Positions 17,814 through 25,891 are shown, counted from the first letter of the stretch. The stretch is 64,000 nucleotides of DNA from Anaerolineales bacterium (GCA_021463845.1 JAJTXV010000006.1:49089-113088); one strand, 5' to 3'. The notes: a model not told the origin generated them from the letters alone. Translations and numbers: made by a program.

Positions 17814-18302
17814 CTAGATCTTTCCTTGCGGGGGCGGCGGGGACACCAGGGTGTCCTTATCCAAAAAGTCGCCGCGGCGGGCGGGGGCCAGCATGGCCAG
17901 CTCGCGCGTGCGGCGCTCATAGCACTCATTGCATTCCCAGTTGCGGTGGGCGTCGCCGCCCTCGCGGGCGAACTCGGCTTCGGGCTTGAACTGCTTGCAG
18001 CTGTAGCACTGGCGCAGGCTCAGGTTGGTGTAGCCGGCGTTGTGCTCAGCGGCGTCGCCGCCGATCGGCTGGGCGCGGTGCGGCAGGCCCACAATGTTGT
18101 ACCAGCCGTCGGCCGTGCGGCCTACGGCTTTGCCGCTCACCAGCACCGGGCCCAAGGCCCAGCTGCCGTCGCGCCCCACCAGGCTGCGCGCCTGGTACTT
18201 GCCATCCTTCAGGCGGTAGGCGTAGGCGGTGTTGTCACTCAGGCGGTAGGCGCGGATGGCGCCCTCAGCCACTGCTTTTTCCAGCACTTCTTCGTAGGTC
18301 AT
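17814..18302 (-). CDS. hypothetical protein with CxxC...CxxC zinc-ribbon-like motif
   Basis: 162 aa; CYSCKQF...ECNECYERR; GC-rich codon usage. No family recognised. Confidence 0.5.
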   Translation of the reverse strand: MTYEEVLEKAVAEGAIRAYRLSDNTAYAYRLKDGKYQARSLVGRDGSWALGPVLVSGKAVGRTADGWYNIVGLPHRAQPIGGDAAEHNAGYTNLSLRQCYSCKQFKPEAEFAREGGDAHRNWECNECYERRTRELAMLAPARRGDFLDKDTLVSPPPPQGKI

Positions 18303-18370
18303 TCCACTTGCATCCTTCGTTCAGTGATTGCTGATTCATCTGATTATAGCCGCACAAGTAAAAAAGCAAA

Positions 18371-18577
18371 CTACAAAGACACAAGGGTCACGAAGAAAAA
18401 CCTTTAAGAAAGATTTCCTTTGTGTTCTTTGTGCCTTTGTGGTGAAAGCTTTCTTGTGGCATGGTGATACGATTTTTTGAGTTGATCGCTGAAAGCTGCT
18501 CACAAAGGGCACAAAGAAGAAACAGCTTTAAGAAAGATTTCCTTTGTGCCTTTGTAGTGAAAGCTTTTCTTGTGCCT
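18371..18577. repeat. two copies of a CACAAAG/CTTTGTG-rich hairpin-forming repeat
   Basis: 18402-18460 and 18526-18576 are near-identical (ctttaagaaagatttcctttgtg...cctttgt.gtgaaagctttcttgtg.c). Each is preceded by the inverted cacaaag-rich arm. A related copy is at 22511-22556. Confidence 0.8.
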
Positions 18578-18584
18578 TTGCTTT

Positions 18585-19181
18585 TTAGCTGATGGCTGAA
18601 AGCTGAGCGCTCATCGCCTGCACCGCCCGCGCCCGATGGCTCAGCTGGTTCTTGTGCTCAAAGCTCAACTCAGCCATGGTCAGCCCAGTCCCCGCCACCA
18701 CGAATATCGCGTCATAGCCAAAGCCGCCATCGCCGCGCTCGGTTGGCGTGATCTCGCCAACGCATTCGCCCTCGGCGAAGGCGGTGCGCCCGTCCGGCCA
18801 GGCCAGACACACCGTAGCGCAGAAGCGCGCTGGCCACGGCTGTGGCAGCGGGCGCAGCTGCTCCAACAGGTAGACGCGCCGGTCCGCATCCGTGGCGCCC
18901 GGCTTGGGCGAGTAGCGGGCCGAGTGCAGCCCGGGCGCGCCGGCCAGGGCCGCCACCTCCAGGCCGCTGTCGTCGGCCAGGGCCGGCAGCCCGCTGGCCT
19001 GGGCGAAGGCCAGCGCCTTGATGGCGGCGTTCTCCATATACGTGCTGCCAGTCTCGGGCGGGTCGAGCGCCAGGCCCAGCTGGCCTGGCGTGCACAGCTC
19101 TAGCTGTGGCAGCCCGCCCAGCAAAGCCTGGAATTCGAGCACTTTGCCGGGATTATTGGTGGCGATCAGCAGTTTGGGCAT
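18585..19181 (-). CDS. rdgB: dITP/XTP pyrophosphatase (RdgB/HAM1 family)
   Basis: 198 aa; LLIATNNPGKVLEF...DDSGLEV...GFGYDAIF pattern. Confidence 0.9.
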   Translation of the reverse strand: MPKLLIATNNPGKVLEFQALLGGLPQLELCTPGQLGLALDPPETGSTYMENAAIKALAFAQASGLPALADDSGLEVAALAGAPGLHSARYSPKPGATDADRRVYLLEQLRPLPQPWPARFCATVCLAWPDGRTAFAEGECVGEITPTERGDGGFGYDAIFVVAGTGLTMAELSFEHKNQLSHRARAVQAMSAQLSAIS

Positions 19182-19285
19182 AAGCGCATTCTATGCCAGA
19201 TTCAGAACAAAGACTCTACGCAATAGTACTCAACCCGCACTAACAGGCCTGATTCTACGGATCTACCCGTATTTTCGGCTGGATA

Positions 19286-19314
19286 TTGACCGATTCTGCA
19301 ATTTTTGTTATAAT
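19286..19314 (+). promoter_or_regulatory. near-consensus sigma-70 promoter with extended -10
   Basis: TTGACC (19286-19291), 17 nt, TATAAT (19309-19314), preceded by TGT (TGTTATAAT). Confidence 0.7.
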
Positions 19315-19330
19315 CTGCCCAACTTATTCA

Positions 19331-19368
19331 GAATCCTTTGCAATCTCGGTCGCAAAGGATTCTTTTTG
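19331..19368 (+). terminator. intrinsic-terminator-like hairpin in the yceD-rpoD leader (attenuator or small-RNA 3' end)
   Basis: gaatcctttgc (19331-19341) pairs with gcaaaggattc (19352-19362), followed by tttttg. Begins ~10 nt after the predicted TSS and ends 50 nt before the yceD ATG. Confidence 0.6.
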
Positions 19369-19418
19369 AATCAGGACGCTAAATTTCGCCCAAACCGGCT
19401 TTCCACTTCCCCCTCACC

Positions 19419-19967
19419 ATGGCTAAACGCAACCCTTTACGCATCAATGTTGGATTCCTGGTCAAGGCCGATGCCGGTTACAGCCGCACCATCGAGTTTG
19501 ACGTGGGCGAAATGGTCCTCTCCGATGATTTCACCGTTACCGACCTCAAGGGCGCGGTGACCTTTGGCCGTACCCCCCAGGGCCTGGTGGCCCAGGTCAA
19601 CCTCAGCGGCCGCACCGCAGCCGACTGCGCCCGCTGCCTCGACCCGTTCGAGCTGGCCATAGCCACCGACTTCACCGAACTGTACGCCTTTGACGAGCGC
19701 TCAGTCACCGAGTCGCAGCTGCTGGTGCCCCCCAGCCACCAGATCGATCTGGCCCCGCTGGCCCGCGAGTATCTGCTGCTGGATATGCCCATCACCCCGC
19801 TGTGCCGGCCCGACTGCAAGGGCCTGTGCACCGAATGCGGCGCCAACCTCAACACCACCGATTGCGGCCACCCCCAGGCCGGTGCCGATGCCCCACCCAC
19901 CCCAGCCGACGAGGCGCACGATCCGCGCTTCGCCGCGCTCAAAGACCTGCTGGACCCGAAAGAGTAG
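19419..19967 (+). CDS. yceD: DUF177/YceD family protein (23S rRNA accumulation protein)
   Basis: 182 aa; C-terminal CRPDCKGLCTECGANLN...CGH Cys cluster typical of YceD. Confidence 0.85.
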   Translation: MAKRNPLRINVGFLVKADAGYSRTIEFDVGEMVLSDDFTVTDLKGAVTFGRTPQGLVAQVNLSGRTAADCARCLDPFELAIATDFTELYAFDERSVTESQLLVPPSHQIDLAPLAREYLLLDMPITPLCRPDCKGLCTECGANLNTTDCGHPQAGADAPPTPADEAHDPRFAALKDLLDPKE

Positions 19968-20003
19968 CTCGGTAGCGTACCTGAGCCACCGCAAGGAGGA
20001 GTT

Positions 20004-21161
20004 ATGTCTTTTCAGTCCCATCCTGATGACGATGCACCCGAGCAGCCCGTGCTGTTTGACGACAACCCGCTGGAGGAGATGGCCAACAACACCAGCCCGG
20101 GTGGTTTCATGGTGGATGAGATGCAGGAGATCCAGCGACTGCGCTGGCACTACATCAACGACGAGGAAGCCGACGACGACAGCCTGGCCGCCCTCGGCAC
20201 CGCCGAGCCGGACGCCGACGCCGCCGAAGCTTACGAGCTGCCGCCAGACGAGGTCATCGACACGGTGGGCCTGTACCTGAAAGAAATGTCGGCTGTGCCC
20301 CTGCTCAACATGGAGCAGGAGGTCAGCCTGGCCAAGCGCATCGAGAACGCCAAGAAGGCCCTGAGCCAGCTCAAGAAACTCCAGGGCAAGGATGGCAAGC
20401 GCGCCCAGCTCGAAGCCATCGTAGAAGACGGACGCCAGGCGCGCGATCACCTGATCCGCGCCAACACCCGCCTGGTGGTCAGCATCGCCAAGAAGTACAT
20501 GGGGCGCGGCGTGCCGTTCCTGGACCTGATCCAGGAGGGCAACCTGGGCCTGATGAAGGCGGTCAGCAAGTTTGACCACCGCCGCGGCTTCCGCTTCTCC
20601 ACCTATGCCACCTGGTGGATCCGCCAGACCATTACGCGCGCCATTGCCGACCAGGGGCGCACGATCCGCGTCCCAGTCCACATGATCGACCGTATCCGTC
20701 TGCTGTACAAGACCGCCCACCAGCTGGAGCAGAAGAACGGCCAGCCGCCTTCGTTGGAGCAACTGGCCAAAGAGATGAAAGAGGATGTCGGCAAGATCGA
20801 TTGGATGCTGCGGGTCAGCTGGCTGCCGCTCTCGCTGGAGAGCCCGGTGGGTGACGAGGAAGACTCCGAGCTGGGCATGTTCGTCGAAGACGAGAACAGC
20901 CCCAGCCCCAGCCAGAGCGCCTACAAGAACATGATGGAGCAGAAGGTCCACGAGGTGCTCGGCACGCTCAGCCCGCGCGAGGCCCGCATTCTGCGCCTGC
21001 GTTTTGGCCTGGAGAACGGGCGCTACTACACCCTCGAAGAAGTCGGCGAGAAGTTCGGCCTCACGCGTGAGCGCATCCGCCAGATCGAAGGCAAAGCCCT
21101 GCGCCGCCTGCGCCACCCCCTCCGCGCCCGCCAGCTACGCGACTACATTCAGGGCACCTAG
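20004..21161 (+). CDS. rpoD: primary RNA polymerase sigma factor
   Basis: 385 aa; regions 2-4 highly conserved (NLGLMKAVSKFDHRRGFRFSTYATWWIRQTITRAIADQGRTIRVPVHM; YTLEEVGEKFGLTRERIRQIE). SD aaggaggag. Confidence 0.95.
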   Translation: MSFQSHPDDDAPEQPVLFDDNPLEEMANNTSPGGFMVDEMQEIQRLRWHYINDEEADDDSLAALGTAEPDADAAEAYELPPDEVIDTVGLYLKEMSAVPLLNMEQEVSLAKRIENAKKALSQLKKLQGKDGKRAQLEAIVEDGRQARDHLIRANTRLVVSIAKKYMGRGVPFLDLIQEGNLGLMKAVSKFDHRRGFRFSTYATWWIRQTITRAIADQGRTIRVPVHMIDRIRLLYKTAHQLEQKNGQPPSLEQLAKEMKEDVGKIDWMLRVSWLPLSLESPVGDEEDSELGMFVEDENSPSPSQSAYKNMMEQKVHEVLGTLSPREARILRLRFGLENGRYYTLEEVGEKFGLTRERIRQIEGKALRRLRHPLRARQLRDYIQGT

Positions 21162-21175
21162 CCCCGCTATATGCA

Positions 21176-21213
21176 AAACAAAAAGCCGCTCGCACGAGCG
21201 GCTTTTGTTTTTG
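21176..21213 (+). terminator. rho-independent terminator
   Basis: aaaaagccgctc gcac gagcggcttttgttttt. Confidence 0.85.
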
Positions 21214-21270
21214 CCGATTCACCGTGTAGGGCGTACGCTGTTTCACAGCGCATCAAGCCCGCCTTCGCTC

Positions 21271-21645
21271 GTCATTGCGAGGAATGCTGAAAGTTGCATG
21301 TTTATGCAACTTTCAGCCCCGAAGCAATCTGATTTTTTTATCAATCACTCAAACCAGATTGCATATCTGCGCTTCGCAATGACAGACATTTTGTTCCACA
21401 GTAGCAGAGCGCCCGCCCCGCCCTCATCACCGTGTCATCCTGAGCGGGTATCTACATTCTCACCAGACCGCCGAACCCAGACCAGCGAAGGATCCTTGCT
21501 GGCACATCTTCTACATAAGGCCGTTTTCATCAACATACGCCAGCGAGAACCCCTTGCGGAGCTTATGCTGAGCGCAGCGAAGTACTCGAAATTCACGGAT
21601 TTGCGTAGGGGCGAGGCATGCCTCGCCCTCCTCGCATGACAGACA
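21271..21645. repeat. cluster of dispersed palindromic intergenic repeats (GTCATTGCGAG / GTCATCCTGAGCG modules)
   Basis: Contains gtcattgcgagg...gaagcaatctg (21271-21333), its inverted partner cagattgc...cttcgcaatgac (21357-21383), a ~175-bp family-2 copy (21432-21606), and the palindrome gggcgaggcatgcctcgccc (21609-21628). Confidence 0.8.
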
Positions 21646-21657
21646 CTTGAGCCACGC

Positions 21658-21709
21658 TTGACTTAATTCACTCCATCTATATAATTAGACAAATATCTAA
21701 TTAATTAGA
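21658..21709 (+). promoter_or_regulatory. promoter plus palindromic operator upstream of the ArsR-family gene
   Basis: TTGACT (21658-21663), 16 nt, TATAAT (21680-21685). Perfect 14-bp palindrome tctaattaattaga at 21696-21709, 11 nt before the ATG. taattagac also occurs at 21682-21690. Confidence 0.55.
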
Positions 21710-21719
21710 CCGAGCAAGA

Positions 21720-22277
21720 ATGAGCACAGAAACCGAACTGATCGACTTCTTCAAAGCCCTAGCCGAACCCAAGCGCCTCAAGATCGCCGGCATCCTGGCC
21801 CAACGGCCGCATGCCGTCGAAGAGTTGGCCAGCCTGCTGAGCCTCTCCGAGGCCACCGTCTCGCACCACCTCAGCCTGCTGGCACGGGCTGGCCTCGTGC
21901 GCGCCCGCGCCGATGGTCACTACAGCATCTACGAGCTACAGAAGGACCGCCTGGAGAACATGGCCGAGCGCCTGCTGGCCAAAGAGACCCTGCCCGCCGT
22001 CGCCGCCGATGTGGATATGCACGCCTATGACCGCGCCGTGCTGCGCAACTTCAGCGGCCCAGACGGCCGCCTCAAGGCGCTGCCGGTGCAGCGCAAAAAG
22101 TTTGAAGTCGTGCTGCGCCACGCTGTGACCCTGTTCAAACCCGGCAAGCGCTACACGGAAAAAGAGGTCAATAAGCTTCTGGCCCGCATTCACGAAGACA
22201 CCGCCAGCCTGCGCCGCGGCTTGATCGAGATCAAGCTCATGCAGCGCGCCAACGGCGAATACTGGCTGGCTTCCTAA
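21720..22277 (+). CDS. ArsR-family transcriptional regulator with C-terminal DUF2087-like domain
   Basis: 185 aa; wHTH ALAEPKRLKIAGILAQRPHAVEELASLLSLSEATVSHHLSLLARAGLV. Confidence 0.8.
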   Translation: MSTETELIDFFKALAEPKRLKIAGILAQRPHAVEELASLLSLSEATVSHHLSLLARAGLVRARADGHYSIYELQKDRLENMAERLLAKETLPAVAADVDMHAYDRAVLRNFSGPDGRLKALPVQRKKFEVVLRHAVTLFKPGKRYTEKEVNKLLARIHEDTASLRRGLIEIKLMQRANGEYWLAS

Positions 22278-22300
22278 AACTTCGCTTAGCTCTCCGCCAC

Positions 22301-22473
22301 GTAAGGCGCAGCATGCTGCGCCCCTAGCACTCCGTGTCATTCCGACCGGGTTCATAAGCCTGCGCCAGATCGCCGAACCCACGTCAGGGAGGAATCCTTA
22401 CTGGGACATCTTCTATGTACAGCAGATTTTCATCCGTGGCCAGCGAGGATCCCTCGCTACGCTCGGGATGCAC
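22301..22473. repeat. palindrome ggcgcagcatgctgcgcc plus a family-2 MITE-like repeat copy
   Basis: 18-bp perfect palindrome at 22305-22322. The 140-bp element at 22334-22473 has inverted ends gtgtcattccgaccg / cgctcgggatgcac and is related to 21432-21606 and 48849-49002. Confidence 0.75.
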
Positions 22474-22508
22474 GGATTTTCGTCAGGCAAGACATGCACT
22501 GCTTATGT

Positions 22509-22541
22509 ACAAAAAAGAGCACAAAGTTTCCTTTGTGCTCT
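22509..22541 (-). terminator. rho-independent terminator of the nfu-like gene
   Basis: gagcacaaag tttc ctttgtgctc stem, with an A-run at 22511-22516 (T-run on the minus strand). Built from CACAAAG repeat words. Confidence 0.8.
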
Positions 22542-22567
22542 TTGTGTCTTCGTGGTTTGAGGGGTTA

Positions 22568-23227
22568 CTACGCCAGCGGTGACGCGCCCATATCCTGCGC
22601 AGCTTCCTGCGAATAGTACGGGTTCTCACCCTCGCCGTGCTCGGTAATGTCGACGACTTCCGTCACCTCAGGCACCGCGTCCATGATGGCGCGCTCAATG
22701 CCCTGGCGCAGCGTCACCGCCGAGAGCCCGCAGCCCTGGCAGCCGCCGCCCATCTCCACGTAGACCGATGTGTTCTTCACATCGGTCAACAACACCCAGC
22801 CGCCGTGGCCGGCCACACCGGGGTTGATGTAGTCATTGATGACCTGCTGCACCTGGATCGCCAGTGGCTCGCTCCAGTCGCTGCGCACACGGTCCGTTGG
22901 CGGGCCGAACGGCGCGGGCGGGTATTCAATGTTAAAGCCCGCCGCATAGCGCTGGTCGTCGTAATCCACTCGGCAGCCCTTCACCTTATCGGCCACATCC
23001 GGCGCGAACAAAAAGTCAAACTCACCGGCGGGCTGCACAATATCCTCGGGCGTGGCGTTGCTGCGCTCCTGGAACTTGAACTCGGTCTGGTAGCCGCCGC
23101 CAGGCAGCGTACCGCGGATGCCCACCCGCACCGCCAAGCCTTCTTTGCCGCGCGTACGGATCAGCTCTGCGATCTTCTCGCTGGCTGCCGGAGTAATGTC
23201 CAATACTTGGGTGCTTGCTTCAGTCAT
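22568..23227 (-). CDS. Fe-S cluster biogenesis protein, IscA/HesB-like N-domain fused to Nfu C-domain (NfuA-like)
   Basis: 219 aa; N-terminal ITPAASEKIAELI...LAVRVGIRG; C-terminal GGWVLLTDV...VEMGGGCQGCGLSAVTLRQGIE (CxxC Nfu motif). Confidence 0.8.
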   Translation of the reverse strand: MTEASTQVLDITPAASEKIAELIRTRGKEGLAVRVGIRGTLPGGGYQTEFKFQERSNATPEDIVQPAGEFDFLFAPDVADKVKGCRVDYDDQRYAAGFNIEYPPAPFGPPTDRVRSDWSEPLAIQVQQVINDYINPGVAGHGGWVLLTDVKNTSVYVEMGGGCQGCGLSAVTLRQGIERAIMDAVPEVTEVVDITEHGEGENPYYSQEAAQDMGASPLA

Positions 23228-23575
23228 TTGTTACCTTTCGCACAAGTATACCTTGCTGCTTTCTATCTTAGTCGGCCCGCCGCGCCACATTCTTACGCAG
23301 GCTAACCGCTCCCAACGCCTTGATTTTCCCGCCGCTGTCGCTTTTTTGGCCGCAATGCGTAGTACATACATGACCAGTATCGACCGCGCACTTTAACAAC
23401 TGAGCACTCCCCACCGTCTTGCAGGCACTCGGCTTGTCAAGCGCCTTGAACTATTAACCTTTAACAGGTGCTGCGGCCCCCTCCTTTCCAGGCATGATGA
23501 TGATTAAAGCTTTCATGACATCCGGGTATCCCAAGCTAAGCATGACACGAGCAGCGTAGCAGGCTGTGCCTTAGG

Positions 23576-23680
23576 TCTGTCATTGCGAGGCGCAGGCTTG
23601 CCTGCGCACGAAGCAATCTGGTTTCTACCCAAGCCTCCAAAAAACAAGCTCGCGCAGGGCGAGGCATGCCTCGCCCCTGC
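23576..23680. repeat. family-3 repeat copy plus GC palindrome
   Basis: 23576-23621 matches 60011-60056 at 45 of 46 positions (tctgtcattgcgaggcgcaggcttgcctg[c/t]gcacgaagcaatctgg). gggcgaggcatgcctcgccc at 23657-23676 is identical to 21609-21628. Confidence 0.85.
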
Positions 23681-23743
23681 AAACTAGCCCAATGATTCGG
23701 ACGGGTGCGCCCGGCGTGCCCATTAATGATAGGCTTGAGACCA

Positions 23744-24943
23744 ATGCCCACCAAGAACAAAACTCCCCTGGCCCTGCTGTGCTTCGCCGTCGCCTTCCTG
23801 GCCTACTGGGGCTTCGCCCTCGCCCTCGGCAAGGCCAACACCAGCGCGGCCGCCTACTTCAACCTGCTGGCCGAGGCTTTCCTCAACGGCCGCCTCTACA
23901 TCACCGACCCAGCCACCACCATCGACCTGACCCTGCACAATGGCAACTGGTACGTACCCTTCCCGCCCCTGCCCGCCCTGCTGATGCTGCCCTGGGTGGC
24001 GCTGGCTGGCGTGGCCAGCCTCAACACCACCGTGTTCGCGGCACTCTTCGGTGCGCTGAATGTGGCCCTGGTCTTCCTCATTCTGTGCAGCATGGCCGAG
24101 CGCGGCTGGATCTCGCTGAGCATGCCCGACACACTGTGGCTCACCGCCCTGTTCGGCTTGGGCAGTGTGCACTGGTACAGCGCCACCAATGGCACGGTCT
24201 GGTTCGTGGCCCAGATCTGCACAGTCACCTTTGTTGCCCTCGCCACCCTGATCACGATCCAGCGCGGCCCGGCCTGGCTGGCTGGCCTGGCCCTGGGCCT
24301 GGCGGTAGCCGCCCGGCCCACAGCCGCACTCAGCTTCCCGCTGCTGCTCGGTATCGCCGCCATGCATCACAACTCGCTCGACCTGCGCCGCGTCTTGCGC
24401 TGGGGCTTGCAGGCGGCCGTGCCGCTGCTGTTGGTGGCCGCCGCCCTGCTGGCCTACAACCAGGCTCGCTTCGGCAACCTACTTGACTTTGGCTACACCA
24501 ACGCCCAGGTCAACCCGCGCCTGCAAGCCGACCTGGCCACCTATGGTCAGTTCGACCCACACTACATCCCGCGCAACCTGCGCGCCATGCTCTTCGCCCT
24601 TCCGGTCTGGGATGCCGAAGCCCGCCGCCCTACTGTGGATGGCGATGGCCTGAGCCTGCTGCTCACCACGCCGGCCCTCGTCTTCATCGCCGCGGCCCGC
24701 AAACGCGATCCGCTCACGCTGGGCGCCTGGGCCGCGTTGGGTCTGTTGCTGGTGCCGCTGCTGCTGTACTACAACACGGGCTGGTGGCAGTTTGGTTACC
24801 GCTTCAGTCTCGACTTTATGATCCCGGTGATGGTGCTGCTGGCGCTTGGGATGCGCTCGCCGCTGTCATGGCTGGCGCGCGGCCTGATCCTGGCTGGCGT
24901 GCTGGTCAATTTGTACGGGGTACTGTGGTGGCACCTGCTGTAA
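23744..24943 (+). CDS. polytopic membrane glycosyltransferase (GT-C fold, ArnT/PMT-like)
   Basis: ATG at 23744 (MPTKNKTPLALLCF...). More than 10 TM segments. An extracytoplasmic loop NGRLYITDP...DLTLHNGNWYVPFPPLPALL resembles GT-C family first loops. Family-level call only. Confidence 0.55.
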   Translation: MPTKNKTPLALLCFAVAFLAYWGFALALGKANTSAAAYFNLLAEAFLNGRLYITDPATTIDLTLHNGNWYVPFPPLPALLMLPWVALAGVASLNTTVFAALFGALNVALVFLILCSMAERGWISLSMPDTLWLTALFGLGSVHWYSATNGTVWFVAQICTVTFVALATLITIQRGPAWLAGLALGLAVAARPTAALSFPLLLGIAAMHHNSLDLRRVLRWGLQAAVPLLLVAAALLAYNQARFGNLLDFGYTNAQVNPRLQADLATYGQFDPHYIPRNLRAMLFALPVWDAEARRPTVDGDGLSLLLTTPALVFIAAARKRDPLTLGAWAALGLLLVPLLLYYNTGWWQFGYRFSLDFMIPVMVLLALGMRSPLSWLARGLILAGVLVNLYGVLWWHLL

Positions 24944-24976
24944 CGCCGCCCAACACCCACCGTTGGCTCTACTACT

Positions 24977-25891
24977 ATGGCTAAAGCGCTGCACGCCAAA
25001 CTGATCTACAACCACACCGCTGGCAACCAGAACGAATCGCCCCAGCAGCTGGTCGATATTCTGCTGGCCATGCAGGCCAACGACATTCTGCCCGAAGTGT
25101 TCGTGGTGCAGCCTGGGGCCGACGTGGCCGCAGTGGTGCGCCGCGCCCTGGCCGATGGCACCCGCATGCTGGCGGTGGCCGGCGGCGACGGCACAGTCGA
25201 CAGCGTGGCCCACAACATGGTCAAGACCCCGCTGCGCCTCGGCATCATCCCCATCGGTACGCGCAACAACCTGGCCCTCAACCTGGGCATCCCGTCTGAC
25301 ATCCCTGCGGCGGTCAAGCTGCTGCGCAGCGGCCAGCCCACCCGCATTGACGTGGGCCGGGCGCGCAGCGGCGGTGTGGTGCGCCACTTTCTGGAGCTGG
25401 CCACGATCGGCCTGCTGTCGGATCTGTACGAGATCACCGATGAACTCCAGCACGGCGACCTGACCCGCGTGGGCGAATGGCTGAGCACTTTCATGGCCGC
25501 CGAACCGAGCCAAGCCCAGTTGACCCTCGACCATGCCCGCAAGGTGGGCGCCAGCGGCCACATGGTGCTGGTGGCCAACATGCCTTACATCGGGCCCAAC
25601 ATCCAGATCGATCCCAAGGTCTCGTACCGCGACGGCAAGCTGGACGTGTTCGTGTTCTCCGACATGAGCAAGTTCCACTTCATCTCGTTCGCGCTGCGCT
25701 CACTGGCCGGCACGGTAGAAAAGGAATCGATCCGCCACTTCCAGGTCAAGCAACTTAAGCTAGACTCACAACCCGCCATGAACATCATGACCGATGGTCT
25801 GGAGCTCGGCAGCGGCCCCGTCAAGATCGAGGTGCTGCCCAAAGCCCTGACCGTGATGGCGGGCCGCAAACCCCGCAGGAAGAAGCAATAA
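24977..25891 (+). CDS. diacylglycerol/lipid kinase family protein (YegS/DagK-like)
   Basis: 304 aa; VAGGDGTVDSVAHNM and IIPIGTRNNLA motifs. Confidence 0.85.
   Translation: MAKALHAKLIYNHTAGNQNESPQQLVDILLAMQANDILPEVFVVQPGADVAAVVRRALADGTRMLAVAGGDGTVDSVAHNMVKTPLRLGIIPIGTRNNLALNLGIPSDIPAAVKLLRSGQPTRIDVGRARSGGVVRHFLELATIGLLSDLYEITDELQHGDLTRVGEWLSTFMAAEPSQAQLTLDHARKVGASGHMVLVANMPYIGPNIQIDPKVSYRDGKLDVFVFSDMSKFHFISFALRSLAGTVEKESIRHFQVKQLKLDSQPAMNIMTDGLELGSGPVKIEVLPKALTVMAGRKPRRKKQ

Noticed and set aside
19701-21116. 471-aa minus-strand ORF
   Set aside because: Antisense to yceD and rpoD, both of which are unambiguous. The composition is Ala/Gly/Leu/Gln-rich artefact.
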